Source of the DNA: the human T2T-CHM13v2.0 reference genome, Homo sapiens
Assembly: GCF_009914755.1 (NCBI RefSeq)
Contig: NC_060948.1
Reading direction: 5' to 3' (one strand)
DNA: 64,000 nucleotides
A program made the position numbers and the translations under genes. Positions 25,505-38,900 of the stretch are shown here, piece by piece (the first letter of the stretch is position 1; the number at the start of each line of letters is the position of its first letter). A model generated the notes under the pieces. That model ran no database searches. It was given only the letters and a program-made list of their open reading frames with translations, and was not told the DNA's origin.

Positions 25505-25848
25505 CTGCAAATTGATTACAAAAAAATAAAAGTTCCAATCATTATACCATAAGAACAGCAACAAATTCTCCCTCCACAGCTAGGCTCCACATTAATGCTC
25601 TGTCCAAATATGTTATATTTATTTAATCTATAGTTTTATATCATTTACTGTATTTGTAGAACTCAATCAAAGGTATAAACAAATCTCATCAGAAAAAAAT
25701 TGATATGCACAGCACTGAAGTATTCCATTTTTTATTAAAATTTCCAGGTATTTTTTTTTTATTATACTCTAAGTTTATACATAAGATTAAACCTTTAGAT
25801 GACAAACAAAAACATGACTCTTGTTAACTGTAACAAGATAAACATTAC

Positions 25849-25983
25849 CTTTTGACACATTCCTGTCAGAAGTTGCTTTTCTATTTCTCCGTATCTTCAT
25901 TTAGCTTTATTTCTAGAGACTCAAACTTTATATGCTGAGGATAAGCATCTGCAATTGATCATCAATAAGCTGAAGATTGCCAG
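25849..25983 (-). pseudogene. OFD1: OFD1P exon 7 (135 bp, frameshifted)
   Basis: tag|..LQLIDDQ/ADAYPQHIKFESLEIKLNE../..MCQK|gtaatg. Confidence 0.92.
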
Positions 25984-26304
25984 CTATTAAAAAGTAACAG
26001 GTCAAATTAGGACACAGAGACATGGTGAGGTGTGCAAGAGGCCAGTCTTCTGGTTCAAAAATAAAGAGTATACTTTGGGGAAAGCATGGGTGTCTGCAAT
26101 TTACTCTGAAAAAAAAACAAAAAAAGATGTAAGATAGATGAATAGATGAACAGAAAAAAATGATGAAGCATATATAATGCAAATGTAATAGTGAAATCTA
26201 GATGATAGGTATGTAAGTGTTGACTAGAATTGTTTCAACTTTTCTCTATGTTGAAGATGCTTAGGCATTTACCAGCAACCACTGTGCTCACTAATTTAAT
26301 TTAA

Positions 26305-26446
26305 TTTAATTTTTTTTTTTTTTTTTAGAGACAAGGTCTTGCTATGTGGCTTGCCCAAGTTGATCTCAAACTCATGGCCTCAAGTGATCCTCCTGCCTGG
26401 GCCTCCCGAAGTGCTGAAAGCACAAGAATTAGTCACTTTGTCTGGT
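26305..26446 (-). mobile_element. FLAM_C-like Alu monomer
   Basis: Poly-T, AGAGACAAGGTCTTGCTATG...TCAAGTGATCCTCCTGCC. Confidence 0.75.
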
Positions 26447-26454
26447 TATAGCTT

Positions 26455-27250
26455 TTAAGAATACATCTGAAGAAAGTCCTTCCTAAGCATGATACAAAAC
26501 CTGGAGGCAATAGGGAGATATCTTTATGAACCTCACTACATAAACATTAAAAATTTACATATGGCATAGAATAAACAAAAATAATACACTGGAAAAATAG
26601 TTACAATAATATGCAGGCATAACCAGGACTAAAGTTATTACATTTTAATATTGTTAAACAGCTCTTACAAATCAGTTAAGACAAAAGAAAACAAAACTGA
26701 AAAATGGGAGAAAACATGGACAGATTATAGAAAAAATAAAATGTCAAACAAAGATGAGAAATATTATCACATGTTGAATAAACATGAACAAAATCACAAA
26801 TGCAAGTTAATAAAGCAAAGAAACCATTATTTTCCCTGTAACACCATTAAGATTAATACTTTGATAACGCTAATGTTGGCAATGGAGTGGAAGTGTAGCT
26901 ATCCTCATTCCCTTGGGAGAGGTATGTGTCAGTGCTTATATATATTCAAAATGCAAGTGTCTTTCCATCTACTCATTCTAATTCTATGAATTCACACAGC
27001 TGTACTTTTACAGGTGCACAGAGTGTGCACATTGCATATTGGTTGCCTCTATTGGAAAAGGGCAAACAATAAGACAACTAAATTTCCATCAATGGGGGTT
27101 AAATATTTACTTTAAAAACAATTAACTCAATATACTGCTACAGATAGATATATTGGTGGATAGAAAAAGCAAATTGCCTACAGGATCTATAATATAATTT
27201 TATTTGATTGTATGTTTAAATTAGAAATACATAGACTTTTAACCTCAATT
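26455..27250 (+). mobile_element. Ancient L1ME-like fragment
   Basis: Degraded L1 3' motifs (AACATTAAAAATTTAC, TCTTACAAATCAGTTAAG, CCATCAATGGGG). Confidence 0.55.
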
Positions 27251-27529
27251 CTAGAAAAATAAGAAAGAAACAAAATTATTAAAATTCGAGTTATCAGTGG
27301 AGAGTGAGATTAGACAACACAGGCAGAAATTGCTAGTTTATTTTCACTTTATATCCTTCTGAATAATCTGAAACTTTGTTTTAAACCAGAAGCATAAATT
27401 ATTTAAGAAATTTTTAGTTTCTTGAAACTAAAAGTATTAGTCAGCTCAGCACTTTATCCCCATCCCCATCGTCTTCACTGAGGGGATTACAGTTAGATTG
27501 CTTTGACAGTCTGCATTCTATCCAGGGAT

Positions 27530-27970
27530 CAGAAGAACAAAATTTGCAAATATTAATGTTTCTTCATGGTGATGTAAATTATGGGCTTTCATATTGTTCT
27601 TTTCATTCTCCTAACAGTGTCTTTCACAGAGATGATTTTAATTTCAGTTAAGTCTAACATCTATTTTTTTCTTTCATATATCTTGCTTTTGGTGTCATAT
27701 CACATCGTGAAACTCAGGATCACATAGACTTTCTCTTGTTTTTATTTGGAAATATTATAGTTTTGCAATTTACATTTAGGTCTACGGTTCATTTCCATAC
27801 ATATGAATATTCAATTATTTCAGAGTCACATGTTGAAAAGACCATATTTACTCTATTGGATTGCCTTTGCACCATTGTTAAAAAAATCAATTGACAATAT
27901 TTGTGTGAATCTATCTCTGAATTCTCTATATCTATTCCCATTGATGTATGTGTCTATTCTTTTGACAATC
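27530..27970 (-). mobile_element. Old L1M fragment
   Basis: TTGCTTTTGGTGTCATATC, ACATTTAGGTCTA, ATTGCCTTTGCACCATTGTTAAAAAATCAATTGAC. Confidence 0.7.
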
Positions 27971-28536
27971 ATAGATAAGAATTTTAACTTTCTAAAAGCA
28001 AAGGGCCAATGTCCACATTTTCTTTCCTCGTCCAAATTTTGTGTGTATCATTATCTGCATATCTTTATCTCTCAAAGGAAATATTAACAGTGGGAAGACT
28101 GGGTGACTAGAAGCTAGGAGGAAAGTACTGTGACTATTCAACAGTTTGGCATCCCCTGAGAGTAGGTATACTAAAATAGGATAGGATGACATGTCTCTGA
28201 ATCAGGGAACAGAAAACTGTTCAGTACAGTATATCTTCCTATAAGTTTTCTGTTGTCAAATTGGAAGCCACAAATTTTTAAAATAATTTTTCTTTTACCA
28301 GAAACTATTTTATTGTTAGCTAAGAATTCTATCCAAATTTTGACACTAGGATGACTGACATGTTTTCTACTCATCATTTTTCTGACTTCTGGAAATTTTA
28401 CGGGGATGCTAGGTAAAGCTTGTAATGGTTGTCAGCCAGATAGATTTCTGAACCAGATGGATTTAAAGAGACTGTGTAAAGATGGAAAAACTGTTTTTAA
28501 AGATAATGTATTATAGTAAATATATAGATTATTTCA

Positions 28537-29020
28537 TGTTGGGGGCCCAGTCAGGCTGGTGGAAAAAATATTAAAGACTGTTATAGTAATAGCCACAAAC
28601 CATCTTGGAATGTCAGAGAGTTTGCATAACTTCGGTAACAGATATGGTTGAATATGGTTGAAGGCGACCTGCTTTACCTTTAGTTAAATAGATTAAAGTA
28701 CTAACAAAGGAATGTGGGGAAGTTATGTAGCTAGCTTTTTTACTCATGTGGTCTTAAGACTAATCTTTGAGGTACCATGGGTGCTTAAGTGCTTTCCACT
28801 CGGGAATACCACAATGTCAATTACGCCCCAGTGGTGTTGACTAAAGTCTTTCTCAATTAATCTTTACTGATAAATGCGAGTCTCACTAGCTGGTCAGGGC
28901 CAAAGTTGCAACTGTTTTACAGCACTCTACTGGAGTCTGTAAGTGGCTCAGACACCCAGCTTCAGCTGGACTGGGAAAGCAGAACATCTGTGTATCAGTG
29001 CTGGTGCCACAGTGTGAGAA
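28537..29020 (+). mobile_element. LTR22 (HERV-K HML-5) 5' LTR with shortened U5 and degenerate Met-tRNA primer-binding site
   Basis: Starts TGTTGGGGGCCCAGTCAGGCTGGTGGAAAAAATATTAAAG (LTR22-like start). TGGTGCCACAGTGTGAGAA at 29002-29020 resembles the tRNA-Met complement TGGTGCCCCGTGTGAGGA. Confidence 0.78.
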
Positions 29021-29053
29021 GTGTGAGAAGTGCTACCACAGTTTTTTTTATTT

Positions 29054-29054
<1 letters not shown>

Positions 29055-29127
<73 letters not shown>

Positions 29128-29214
29128 TTCCTTCCTTCCTTCCTTCCTTCCTTCCTTCCTTCCTTTCTTTCTTCCTTTCTTTCTTCCTTCCTTCCTTCCT
29201 ACCTTTCTTTCTTT
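29055..29214. repeat. Y-STR DYF387S1: minus strand [AAAG]3 GTAG [GAAG]4 [AAAG]2 GAAG [AAAG]2 [GAAG]10 [AAAG]17 (40 tetramers)
   Basis: Counted directly on plus: CTTT x17, CTTC x10, CTTT x2, CTTC, CTTT x2, CTTC x4, CTAC, CTTT x3; same compound motif as recalled for DYF387S1. Confidence 0.92.
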
Positions 29215-29536
29215 TTTTCTCTTTCTTCTTCTTCTTTTTTTCTTGTTAGGGGTAAAATGGAATCTAGCTCTGTCACCCAGGCTGGAGTGCAGTCATATGA
29301 TCTCAGCTCACTGCAAACTTCACCGCCCGGGTTCAAGTCATTATCGTGCCTCAGCCTCCAGAGTAAATGGGATAAAATGCACTTACCACCACGACTCAAA
29401 CATTTTTGAATTTTTAGAAGGAGTGGAGTTTCACTGTGTTGGTCAGGCTGATTTCAAACTCCAGAACTTTAGTGATCCTCCTGCTTTAGCCTCCCAATAT
29501 CCTGGGATTACAAGCATAAGGCACTGTTCCTGGCCC
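29215..29536 (-). mobile_element. AluS whose tail expanded into DYF387S1
   Basis: ATGGAATCTAGCTCTGTCACCCAGGCTGGAGTGCAG...CCTGGCC. Confidence 0.88.
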
Positions 29537-29624
29537 GTAGATTATTCCTTAATATCTCTTCAAGCCATTCATTTTATTTTGAAGTAACAATTAAGCAATA
29601 GATAGCTGCTATATACCTTAGAAT

Positions 29625-29812
29625 CATGCTGTTCATTATGATAGTCACTTTGCACATGTAGCTAATTAAATATAAATTAAAAATTTAGTTATTCAGTTAC
29701 ACTAGCTACATTTAAATTGCTCAATAGCCACAAGAGACTGGCAACTACCACATTAAACAGTATAGGTAAAGACGTTTCCAACATCACATTGAGTTATTCT
29801 GAATGGTGCCTA
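29625..29812. mobile_element. MER3/MER33-like hAT-Charlie element
   Basis: CACATGTAGCTAATT...CACTAGCTACATTTAAATTGCTCAATAGCCACA...ACATTAAACAG. Confidence 0.7.
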
Positions 29813-30751
29813 GAGCACAGACTATAGAATCATTTACCTACTGAATTTCAGTAGGGATGGTCTAGTGTGCAGGCAGCCTAGAAAGTCTTGTTCTTCAATT
29901 TATTTATCTTCTACTAACATTACTACAATGAAGCCTGGCAATTAAGTCACAGACTCAGTGGCTGGCAGAAAGTATGTACTCAAATGATTAAGTTCTGAAT
30001 GAATGAATGAATGAATAAATGTCTCTGTCAGGATGATAGAAATGCATGCAACAGACAAAATCCCAAGGGCGTAGGAACACAAAAGGACCATTACTAATTC
30101 ACATATTATTTTAAATGTCCTAAGGTATAACTAAGCATAAAAGGCAAGTTGCCAGCTTATGTTCATGCTACAAAGTCCATTATGAAGTCTAACCAATGGT
30201 CCAGAACTCACAGTAGTTACAAACTATAAAAGTTTTGTATGAAGGCCAAAATTAAGGCAATTAATCAGGTCTGTGTATACACTTAAGAGCAAAAGTTATA
30301 TTACACATTACTAAACACATACTTTATTCATTAATGGCATATTAATGCATTTAATACTCTTATCAATTGCACTGGAGAGGCATACCTAGTATACAAAGAT
30401 ACTTGGCCTAAAAGACAGTTTTTTGAAGGTTTTTTTTTTCTTGGAAATGTTCCCAACAATGGATATTTTTACAGGCAGTATCTTTCAGTGTGTCTGTAGG
30501 ACCCTTGATATTGTCTGAAGTTTTCTCATTTGACTATCTAAAAGTTATTATGAAAATGAAAATATGGGAATAATGACCTGCAGAACAGGTGAAATATTGC
30601 TTACAAAGTAAGATATGGTCAGCAAGGAAAAACATGTAATTTAAATCAAATTAAATTTCTTACTCTTCTCACTCAAAATTAGCTTCATTCTTTTAGAAGG
30701 AAAAGTACGTAGAAAAATCTTGCTACAGTTTAAAAAGATATAGGCTCCTAC

Positions 30752-30782
30752 CTTTATGGGTTTCTTTATCAAACTCTGACAC
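30752..30782 (-). pseudogene. OFD1: OFD1P exon 5 (31 bp; acceptor reads AT)
   Basis: cat|GTGTCAGAGTTTGATAAAGAAACCCATAAAG|gtagga = VSEFDKETHK (OFD1 VSGSDKENQK). Confidence 0.8.
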
Positions 30783-30866
30783 ATGTTAAAAAATATTTTA
30801 CTTTTATAAAGCTATTTGTTTATAATTAACAAACCAAAATAGATTATAGAAACTAAATAAACTTAC

Positions 30867-30935
30867 CAGTGAGTTCTAGGAACTGGAAGTAGGGTGAATT
30901 TTTACTGAGTGCAATCAATCCTGCATAGTAAATAC
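30867..30935 (-). pseudogene. OFD1: OFD1P exon 4 (69 bp, two stops)
   Basis: aag|VFTMQD*LHSVKIHPTSSS*NSL|gtaagt (OFD1 [23 protein letters not shown]). Confidence 0.92.
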
Positions 30936-31469
30936 CTTAAGAAAATAAAAGGTTACCAATTAGACATGGTTTTATAGCAGTGTTTAAATCACACATTATA
31001 ATGTTTATGAATATGAGATTGAGAAACATCCTTCAGAAAAAAAAACTAAGATTACAAAGGAAAATTGAAGCTCTTTCTTACAATGTTAGATAAAATACAA
31101 AAACACATTGAAATACCTTTCTTGATTTTGCAATCAACCTCTAAGTATTTTACATCAAAGGTCATTCAATTACAATTTTTTAAAAGTAGTGTTTAAAATA
31201 TAAATAAGCTAAATTTTCATTGTCTTTGCAATCATGATGAAAGTGCACTTAAAATACTGTTAAACAGACATTTTGGGCAGCTATTTATATATATTCTACA
31301 AAAGTATATATCAATTATTATGTCTACCCTGAGAACACTGATATGTTTTCAACTGGATTTCCTTTAAAGAAAACATTTTGAATTGGCATTTTATATTTGT
31401 AGAAACAATTAAGTTGTTTCAGTGGGATGAATTCCTGTTATAAGAATCATACAATTGGTAATTACACTT

Positions 31470-31640
31470 ACCAAAAAAAAAAAAAAAAAGCAGAATATGG
31501 TGGTGTGTGCCTGTAATCCCAGCTGTTTGAAAGGCTGCAGTAGTATAATTGCTTGAACTCAGAGGGCAGTTGTAGTAAACTCAGATTATGCCACTGCCCT
31601 TCAGACTTGGTGACAAAGTGAGACCCTACTACTAAAAAAT
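31470..31640 (+). mobile_element. Alu right arm
   Basis: A-run then GGTGGTGTGTGCCTGTAATCCCAGC...GTGACAAAGTGAGACCC. Confidence 0.75.
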
Positions 31641-31738
31641 GAATATGTAAATAAATACATTCATAAAATGGTTAAGTACAATTTGGTTGCTTATGAAGAA
31701 ACAACACATTTAAAATTTTCATTTCAATACTGTACTAA

Positions 31739-32027
31739 GGCCAGGCATTTTGGTTCACATCTGTAATCCCAGGACTTTTGGAGGCTGAGGCAAATGGATC
31801 ACTTGAGATCAGGTGTTCGAGACAAACCTGGCCAACAAGGTGAAACCCTGCCTATACTAGAAATACAAAAATTAGCCAGGTGCTTGGGTGAGCACCTGTA
31901 ATCCCAGATGCCTGGGAGGCTAAGGTGAGAGAATCGCTTGAAACAAAGAGGTGAAGCTTGAAGCCCAAGATCATACTACCGCACTCCAGCCTGAGCAACA
32001 GAGTGATACTCCATTTCAAAGAAAATA
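31739..32027 (+). mobile_element. AluS
   Basis: Dimer from GGCCAGGC to CACTCCAGCCTGAGCAACAGAG. Confidence 0.88.
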
Positions 32028-32906
32028 ATTACAATATGAAGCTTCTTGTGTCCTTAAAACTTTGAAATATGAAAGTTTTACATAACTATACAGAAAATAA
32101 AGAAAGTAAAAACATATACACAACACTAAGAGTGAAATTTAATGTAAACGATAGACTTTGGCAATAATGACTTTTCGGGGAAGGTTTATCAATTGCAGCA
32201 AATGTACCACCTTGATGAAAGATATTGACAGTGGGAGAGACTGTGCATGTGTAGGAGCAGTGGGTGTATAGGAATTCTTTGTACTTCTCCATCAACATGG
32301 CTGTGAACTAAAACCTGCTCTAAAAAACAAAGTCTACAAACAAACACCCCCACCCCCACCACACACATATTCACAGGGAAAGTTTTCTCTATATACATTT
32401 AAAATAATAAATTGGGATGAATGTTCAATAATAATGGTGAAGAAATGCAGTTAAAATAATTAGAAATGTACTAAAAATGATATGAATGTCTCTTTATTAT
32501 TTGGAAACTTTACAGAGTTTTAAGAAATATGTCACATAATTTACTTGATTCACCTCTCCACATTCTGGTTCCTCATATGTAACACACAAAATATCTGTTG
32601 TGTGTCTATTGCAGTGCCAAGCTCAGAGCAGACATTTAGCAGATTAGCAGAGTTTTATAAACAGCAAAGAAAATAGATAAATCAATTTTAGCTCTTAAAC
32701 ATTTAGAGATTGTAGATCACAATCTTACAAAAGACTAAATGTGATACCAAGAAATTAATTTCAAATTTAGTAACCACTTGTTATATAAAAAATGTATGCA
32801 AATTCAAAGAGGAATGAGAAATGCACCTACTTTAAAAGCAGTTACCTATAATGCGCATGTTACAGTCAGCCAAGAAAAAAATCTTAATAAAAAGTACAAG
32901 GATACA

Positions 32907-35900
32907 GTTTCAAGATGGCCGAATAGGAACAGCTCCAGTCTACAGCTCCCAACGTGAATGATGGAGAAGACGAGTGATGTCTGCATTTCCAACTGAGGTA
33001 CTGAGTTCATCTCACTGGGGCTTGTTCGACAGTGGGTGCAGCCCACCAAGCATCAGCTGAAGCAGGGTGAGTCATCACCTCACCCAGGAATCACAAGGTG
33101 TTAGGGAATTCCGTTTCCTAGCCAAGGGAAGTTGTGACAGATAGCACCTGGAAAATTGGGTCACTCTCACCCTAATACTGTGCTTTTCCATTGGTCTTAG
33201 CAAAGAGCACACCAGGAGATTACATCTTGTGCCTGGCTTGGAGGGTCCCACACCTATGGAGCCTCACTCATTGCTAGCACAGCAGTCTGAAATCAAACTG
33301 CAAGGCAGCAGCGAGGCTGGGGGAAGGACACCCGCCATTACTGAGGCTTGAGTATGTAAACAAAGCAGCTGGGAAGCTCGAACTGTGTGGAAACCACCAC
33401 AGCTCAAGGAGGCCTGCCTGCTTCTGTATACATCACCTCTGAGGGCAGGGAATAGCTGAAAAAAAGGCAGCAGAAACTTAAATGTCCCTAACCGACAGCT
33501 TTGAGGAGAGTAGTGGTTCTCCCGGCACAGAGTTTGAGATCTGAGAATGGACAGACTGCCTCCTCAAGTGAATCCCTGACCCCTGAGTAGCCTCACAGGG
33601 AGGCATCCCCCAGTAGGGGGCAGATTGACACCTCACACGGCCAGGTACCCCTCTGAGATGAAACTTCCAGAGGAACGATCAGGCAGCAACATTTGCTGTT
33701 CAGCAATATTCACTGTACTGCAGCCTCCACTGCTGATAACCAGGAAAACAGAGTCTGGAGTGGGCCTCCAGCAAACTCCAACAGACCTGTAGCTGAGGAT
33801 CCTGACTGTTAGAAGGAAAACTAACAGAGAAAGGACATCTACACCAAAACCCCATTAGTATGTCACCATCAGCAAAGGCCAAAGGTAGATAAAAACCAAA
33901 AAGATGGGGAAAAAACAGAGCAGAGAAGCTGAAAATTTGAAAAATCGAGTGCCTCTCCCACTCCAAAGGAATGCAGCTCCTCATCAGCAATGGAACAAAG
34001 CTGGACGCAGAATGACTTTGATAAGATGAAAGAAGAAGGCTTCAGATGATCAAACTTCTCTGAGTTAAAGCAGGAAGCTTGAACCCATCGCAAAGAAGTT
34101 AAAAACCTTGAAAAAGTTTAGACAAAGAGCTAAGTAGAATAACAAGCATAGAGAATTCCTTAAATGATCTGATGGAGCTGAAAACCATGGCATGAGAACT
34201 ACATGATGAATGCACAAGCTTCAGTAGCTGATTCGATCAACTGGAAGAAAAGCTATCAGTGATTGAAGATAAAATGAGTGAAATGAAGTGAGAAGAGAAG
34301 TTTAGAGGAAAAAGAGAAAAAGAAATGAACAAAGCCTCCAAGAAATATGGGACTATGTGAAAAGAATAAATCTACATTTGATTGGTGTACATGAAAGTGG
34401 CGAGGAGAATGGAACCAAGTTGGAAAACACTTTGCAGGATATTATCCAGCAGAACTTCCCCAACCTAGCAAGGCACGCCAACATTCAAATTCGGGAAACA
34501 CAGAGAACACCACAAAGATAATCCTCAAGAAGAGCAACTCCAAGATTCATAATTGTGAGATTCACCAAAGTTGAAATGAAGGAAAAAATGTTAAGGGCAG
34601 CCAGAGAGAAGGTGGGGTTACCCACAAAGGGGGGCCCATCAGACTAACAGCAGATCTCTTGGCAGAAACTCTACAAGCCAGAAGAGAGTGGGGGTCAACA
34701 TTCAACATTCTTAAAGAAAAGAATTTTCAACCCAGAATTTCATATCCAGCCAAATTAATCTTCATAAGTGAAGGAGAAATACAATCCTTTACAGACAAGC
34801 AAATACTGAGAGATTTTGTCACCACAAGGCCTGCCCTACAAGAGCTCCTGAAGGAAGCATTAAACATGGAAAGGAACAACCAGTACCAGCCACTGTAAAA
34901 ACATGACAAATTGTAAAGACCATCGAGGCTAGGAAGAAACCACATCAACTAATGCGCAAAATAACCAGCTAACATCATAATGACAAGATCAAATTCACAT
35001 GTAACAATATTAACCTTAAATGTAAATGGGCTAAATACTCCAATTAAAAGACACAGACTGGCAAATTGGATAAAGAGTCAAGACCCATCAGTGTTCTGTA
35101 TTCATGAAACCCATCTCACATGCAGAGACACACGGATGTAGGAAGATCTACCAAGCAAATGGAAAACAAACAAACAAACACAGGGTATGGGTTGCAACCT
35201 TAGTCTCTGATAAAACAGACTTTAAACCAACAAAGATCAAAAGAGACAAAGAAGGCCATTACATAATCGTAAAGTGATCAATTCAACAAGAAGAGCTAAC
35301 TACACTAAATATAAATGCATCCAATACAAGAGCAGCCAGATTCATAAAGCAAGTCCTTAGAGACATACACAGAGACTTAGACTCCCACACAATAATAATG
35401 GGAGAATTTGAGACCCCACTGTCAACATTAGACAGATCAATGAGACAGAAAGTTAACAAGCATATCAAGGAATTGAACTCAGCTCTGTACCAAGCAGACC
35501 TAATAGACACCTACAGAAGTCTCCACCCCACATCAACATAATATACATTCTTCTCAGCACCACATCACACTTATTCCAAAATGGACCACATATTTGGAAG
35601 TAAAGCACTCCTCAGCAAATGTAAAAGAACGGATATTTTTACAAACTGTCTCTCAGACAACAGTGCAATCAATCTAGAACTCAGGATTAAGAAACTCACT
35701 CAAAACCACTCAACTGCATGGAAACTGAACAAACAGCTCCTGAATGACTATGGGGTACATAATAAAATGACGGCAGAAATAAAGATGTTCTTTGAAACTG
35801 ATGAGAACAAAGACACAACATACCAGAATCTCTGGGACACATTTAAAGCAGTGTGTAAAGGGAAATTTACAGCACTAAATGCCCACAAAGAAAGCAGAAA

Positions 35901-35948
35901 AGATCTACAATTGACACCCTAACATCACAATTAAAAGAAATAGAGAAG
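32907..35948 (+). mobile_element. L1-A: L1PA5/6-like 5' half (unspliced 5'UTR, ORF1, ORF2 endonuclease), interrupted by L1-B
   Basis: CAAGATGGCCGAATAGGAACAGCTCCAG start; ORF1 peptide AETLQARREWG...RPALQELLKEAL; ORF2 [16 protein letters not shown]; ends at AAAAGAAATAGAGAAG. Confidence 0.92.
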
Positions 35949-38900
35949 TGGAGTGGTTCCAAGATGGCAGAATAGGAAGAGCTCCAGTCTACAGCTCCAA
36001 GTGTGAGCGAATCAGAAGATGGGTGATTTCTGCATTTCCAACTGAGCTTTCAAGAGAGTAGTGGTTCTCCCAGCACAGAATTTGAGATCTGAGAACGGAC
36101 ACACTGCCTCCTGAAGTGGGTCCCTGACCCCGAGTAGCCTAACTGGGCGGCATCCCCCATAGGGGCAGACTGACACTTCACATGGTGGGGTACCCCTCTG
36201 AGACAAAACTTACAGAGGAATGATCAGGCAGCAACATTTGCTATTCAGCAGCATTCGCTGTTCTACAGCCTCTGCTGCTGATACGCAGGCAAACAGGGAA
36301 TGGAGTGGACCTCCAGCAAACTCCAACAGACCTGCAGCCGAGGATCCTGACTGTTAGCAGGAAAACTAACAAACAGGAGGGATATCCATACCAAAACCCA
36401 AATGTACATCACCATCATCAAAGAACAAAGGTAGATAAAACCAAAAAGATGGGGAAAAAACAGAGCAGAAAAACTGAAAATTCTAAAAATCAGAGCATCT
36501 CTCCTCCTCCAAAGGAATGCAGCTTGTCACCAGCAACGGAACAAAGCTGGATGGAGAATGACTCTGACAAGCTGAGAGAAGAAGGCTACAGACGATCAAT
36601 TTCTCTGAGCTAAAGGAGGAAGTTCCAACCCATCGCAAAGAAGTTAAAAACCCTGAAAAACGATTAGACAAATGGCTAACTAGAATAACCAATGCAGAGA
36701 AGTCCTTAAAGGACCTGATGGAGCGGAAAACCATGGCACAAGAACTACGTGACAAATGCACTAGCCTCAGTAGCCAATTCAATCATCTGGAAGAAAGGGT
36801 ACCAGTGGTTGAAGATAAAATGAATGAAATGAAGCAAGAAGAGAAATTAGAGAAATTCTTTTTATTAAGAAATGAAAAAAGCCTCCAAGAAATATGGCAC
36901 TATGTGAAAAGACCAAATCTATGTCTGATTGGTGTACCTGAAAGTGACAAGGAGAATGGAACCAAGTTAGAAAACACTGCAGGATATAATCCAGCAGAAC
37001 TTCCCCAACCTAGCAAGGCAGTACAACATTCAAATTCAGGAAATACAGAGAATGCCACAAAGATAATCCTCGAGAAGAGCAACTCCAACACACATAACTG
37101 TCACATTCACCAAAGTTGAAATGAAGGAAAACATGTTAAGGGAATCCAGAGAGAAGGGTCAGGTTACACACAAAGTGAAGCCCATCAGACTAACAGCAGA
37201 TTTCTTGGCAGAAACTCTACAAGCCAGAAGAGAATGGGGAACAATATTCAACATTCTTAAAGAAAATAATTTTCAACCCAGAATTTCGTATCCAAACCAA
37301 ACTAAGCTTCATAAGTGAAGGAGAAATAAAATCCTTTACAGACAAGCAAATGCTGAGAGATTTTGTCACCACCAGGTTCGTCCTACAAGAACTCCTGAAG
37401 GAAGCACTAAACATGGAAAGGAACAACCAGTACTAGCCATTGCAAAAACCTACCAAATTCTAAAGACCACTGATGCTAGGAATAAACTGCATCAACTAAC
37501 GCGCAAAATAACCAGCTAACATCATAATGACAGGATCAAATTCACACATAACAATATTAATGTTAAATGTAAATGGGCTAAATTCTCCCATTAAAAGATA
37601 GAGACTGGCAAATTGGATAAAGAGTCAAGAGCCATCAGTGTTCTGTATCCATGAAACCCATCTCATGTGCAGAGACACACATAGGCTCAAAATAAAGGGA
37701 TGGAGGAAGATATAACATGAAAATGGAAAACAAAAAAAGAAAAGCACAGGAGTTGCAATCCTAGCTTCTGATAAAACACATTTTAAACCAACAAAGATCA
37801 AAAGAGACAAAGAAGGCCATTACATAACGGTAAAGGGATCAATTCAACAAGAAGAGCTAACTATCCTAAATATATACATACCCAATACAGGAGCACTCAC
37901 ATTCATAAATCAAGTTCTCAGAGACATACAAAGAGACCTAGACTCCCACACAATAATAAATGAGAGACTTTAACACCCCATTGTCTACATTAGACAGATC
38001 AACGAGACAGAAAATCAACAAGGATATCCAGGAATTGAACTCAGCTCTGCACCAAGTGGACCTAATAGACATCTACAGAACTCTCCACACCAAATCAACA
38101 GAATATATGTTCTTCTCAGCACCACATTGCACTTATTCCAAAACTGACCACATATTTGGAAGTAAAACACTACTCAGCAAATGTGAAAGAACAGAATTAT
38201 AACAAACTGTCTCTCAGACCATAGTACAATCAAACTAGGACTCAGGATTAAGAAACTCACTTAAAGCCTCTCAACAACATGGAAACTGAACAACCTGCTC
38301 TTGAATGACTGCTTGGGTACATAACGAAATGAAGGGAGAAATAACGATGGCTTTGAAACCAACGAGAAAAACGACACAACATACCAAAATCTCTGGGACG
38401 CATTCAAAGCAGTGTGTAGAGGGAAATGTATAGCACTGAATTTCCACAAGAGAAAGCAGGAAACATCTACAATTGACACCCTAACATCACAATTAAAAGA
38501 ACTAGAGAAGCAAGAGCAAACACATTCAAAAGCTAGCAGAAGGCAAGAAATAACTAAGATCAGAGTACAACTGAAAGAGATAGAAACACAAAAAACCCTT
38601 CAAAGAATCAATGAATCCGGGAGCTGGTTTTTTGAAAAGATCAACAAAATTGATAGACTACTAGCAAGACTAATAAAGAAGAAAAGAGAGAAGAATCAAA
38701 TATACACAATAAAATATGATAAAGGGGATATCACCACCAATCCCACGGAAGTACAAACTACCATCAGAGAATACTATGAATACCTCTACACAAATAAATT
38801 AGAAAATCTGGAAGAAATGGATAAATTCTTTGACACATACACCCTCCCAAGACTAAACCAGGAAGAAATTGAATCTCTGAATAGACCAACAACAGGTTCT

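Noticed and set aside
28906-29587. Phe/Leu/Ser-rich ORFs of 167 and 185 aa
   Set aside because: Translation through the DYF387S1 repeat and an Alu.
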